The notes beneath the pieces were generated by a model. It was not told where the DNA came from, searched no databases, and saw only the letters and a list, made by a program, of their open reading frames with translations. A program made the position numbers and the translations under genes. From positions 3,123 through 67,122 of the forward strand of contig JAEZAA010000175.1 of NCBI GenBank assembly GCA_023430625.1: a stretch of 64,000 nt of DNA, read 5' to 3'. This DNA is from Pseudomonadota bacterium. GTDB lineage: Bacteria; Pseudomonadota; Gammaproteobacteria; Pseudomonadales; Oleiphilaceae. Every line of letters begins with the position of its first letter. Positions within the stretch are counted from its first letter, which is position 1. Shown piece after piece: positions 62,185-64,000 of this stretch.

Positions 62185-64000
62185 ATGTTGAGAACGCATT
62201 GGCTACGCCACCTGCTACTGTGCCTAACGGCCGTCACCCTGTTTGGCTGCGCAGCACTGCAGCCAGGCGGAATTCAGAGCAGCCCTAACGACACTCGCGA
62301 CTATCGCCATCTGGTGCTGGAAAACCAGCTGAAGGTATTGCTGATCTCGGACCCGACCACCGAAAAAGCAGCCGCCGCACTCGACGTCCAGGTGGGAAGT
62401 GGCCAGGACCCAGCGGAATACGAGGGTCTGGCCCACTTCCTTGAGCACATGCTGTTTCTTGGCACGGAAAAGTATCCTCAGGCCGGCGAATACCAAAGCT
62501 TTATCAGTCAGCATGGTGGCAGCCACAACGCCTACACGGCCTACGAGAACACCAACTACTTCTTCGACATCCAACCCGAACACCTGGAACCTGCCCTGGA
62601 CCGCTTTTCCCAGCAGTTCGTCGCCCCTCTGTTCACGGCCGAATACGTTGAGCGGGAAAAGAATGCAGTCCATTCAGAATTCAGCTCCGGCTTGCGGGAT
62701 GACAGCCGACGTTTCTTCTCCGCCTTGAAGGACATCGTCAATCCCGCCCACCCCTTCGCGAAGTTTTCCGTGGGTAACCTGGAGACCCTGGCCGAGCGCC
62801 CAGGCCAGTCGGTACGCCAGGCCATGCTCGACTTCTACGAGCGCTATTACTCCGCCAACCAAATGCGCCTGGTGATCTACGGCCGTGAGGATCTGGATAC
62901 GCTGGAGCGCTTCGCGCGCGAGAAATTCGCGGCCATCCCGAATCATGACCGCGCCGATACCAGCGTCGAGCAGCCGCTGATTGCTCCTGGCAACCTGCCG
63001 GCATTACTGACCGTGGAGCCGATCAAGAACAAGCGCGTGCTGTCGCTGATGTTCCCACTCCCCTCCATAGAACCTCACTACCGCGCCAAGCCGGATTACT
63101 ACCTCACCAACCTGATTGGGCACGAGGGCGAAGGCAGCCTCCTGTCGTGGCTCAAGAAACAGGGCTGGGCCGATGCACTATCAGCAGGCATGGCCTTGGA
63201 CAACAAGGAAGAATCTGTCCTCAGCATCTCCGTCACGCTGACGGAGGAAGGGCTACGCCAGTATCTCCAGGTAGTACGCAGCACCTTTACGTACATCAAT
63301 CTGATTCGCCAACAGGGAATTGAACGCTGGCGTTTTGATGAACAGGCCCAGTTGCTGCAAATCGCTTATGACTTTCAGCAGAAAAGCGAGCCCATCCACT
63401 ACGTCAGCGCCTTGGCGTCAAACCTCCAGCTTTATCCGGCCAACGAAGTGCTGAGAGCACCTTACCGCATGGATCAGTACGCCCCTGACCTTTACCAGGA
63501 GCTTCTCACCCACCTGACGCCAGAAAATGTTCTTATCACATTGATGGCCCCAGGCGTCCCGACGGATAAATCCAGCACCTGGTATCAAACCGACTACGGC
63601 TATCGCAGTCTCACCCCCAATGAGCGCCAACAAATTGCACCACCCGCAGAGGTGGCTGACCTCCGCTTACCGCAGCCCAACCCCTTTGTCCCGGAGAACC
63701 TCAAGCTGCTCGCGGGCGACACCATGCGCCAGCCGATTCGCCTGGAAACCACAGAGAGTCTGGAAGCTTGGTACGCGCAAGACACCAGCTTCAATACGCC
63801 GCGCGCCAATTTCTATGTCAGCGTACGATCGCCCTATGCCAACGCCACGCCCAGGGAATCAGTTTTGACAGAGTTATTTGTCGCTGTTGCAGACGATGAA
63901 CTGAATGAATACGCCTATCCGGCTCGCTTGGCTGGCCTGAATTACCAGGTCTACAAGCACATGCGCGGCTTCACCATGCGCCTGGAAGGCTACAGCGATA
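62185..64000 (+). CDS. ptrA: M16-family zinc peptidase (pitrilysin/protease III-like), 3' end outside the window
   Basis: This ORF is absent from the ORF track because it has no stop inside the window. Lipobox-like signal LTAVTLFGC, inverted zinc motif HFLEHMLFLGT (HxxEH), and downstream ENAVHSE. An alternative TTG start at 62176 lies 8 nt after a GGAG. Confidence 0.9.
   Translation, partial: MLRTHWLRHLLLCLTAVTLFGCAALQPGGIQSSPNDTRDYRHLVLENQLKVLLISDPTTEKAAAALDVQVGSGQDPAEYEGLAHFLEHMLFLGTEKYPQAGEYQSFISQHGGSHNAYTAYENTNYFFDIQPEHLEPALDRFSQQFVAPLFTAEYVEREKNAVHSEFSSGLRDDSRRFFSALKDIVNPAHPFAKFSVGNLETLAERPGQSVRQAMLDFYERYYSANQMRLVIYGREDLDTLERFAREKFAAIPNHDRADTSVEQPLIAPGNLPALLTVEPIKNKRVLSLMFPLPSIEPHYRAKPDYYLTNLIGHEGEGSLLSWLKKQGWADALSAGMALDNKEESVLSISVTLTEEGLRQYLQVVRSTFTYINLIRQQGIERWRFDEQAQLLQIAYDFQQKSEPIHYVSALASNLQLYPANEVLRAPYRMDQYAPDLYQELLTHLTPENVLITLMAPGVPTDKSSTWYQTDYGYRSLTPNERQQIAPPAEVADLRLPQPNPFVPENLKLLAGDTMRQPIRLETTESLEAWYAQDTSFNTPRANFYVSVRSPYANATPRESVLTELFVAVADDELNEYAYPARLAGLNYQVYKHMRGFTMRLEGYSD

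Overview
This window looks like core chromosome of a moderately GC-rich gammaproteobacterium. The gene order matches Pseudomonas-type blocks as I recall them: gyrA-serC-pheA-hisC-tyrA/aroA-cmk-rpsA-ihfB-lapA-lapB-pyrF, rlmL-rmf-pyrD, and argG-motY-pyrC-rnt-bfd-bfr. A 661-aa two-domain fatty acyl-CoA reductase suggests a Marinobacter-like organism, but that is inference only. I call 57 protein genes, one possible brnT pseudogene remnant, two identical tRNA-Asn genes, and several promoters, operators and terminators that can be read directly from the sequence. Nearly all genes are housekeeping. I found no transposase, integrase, phage gene, CRISPR array or recognisable multi-gene defence system, and I do not see a convincing novel multi-gene system. 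The most unusual signals are non-coding or small: (1) a degenerate 18-bp tandem-repeat array filling the spacer at 11.36-11.49 kb; (2) three DnaA boxes within 54 bp upstream of pyrD; (3) three copies of a 12-bp palindromic motif upstream of the reductase gene; (4) a lower-GC islet at 59.7-60.7 kb with a BrnA-type antitoxin gene and what may be a decayed brnT; (5) a compositionally atypical 990-aa VolA/Pla-1-type lipoprotein lipase; (6) a convergent pair of small unknown genes where lexA would carry sulA in Pseudomonas. All family assignments rest on motif and sequence recognition by eye, not on database searches. The many long antisense ORFs in the track are treated as shadow ORFs.
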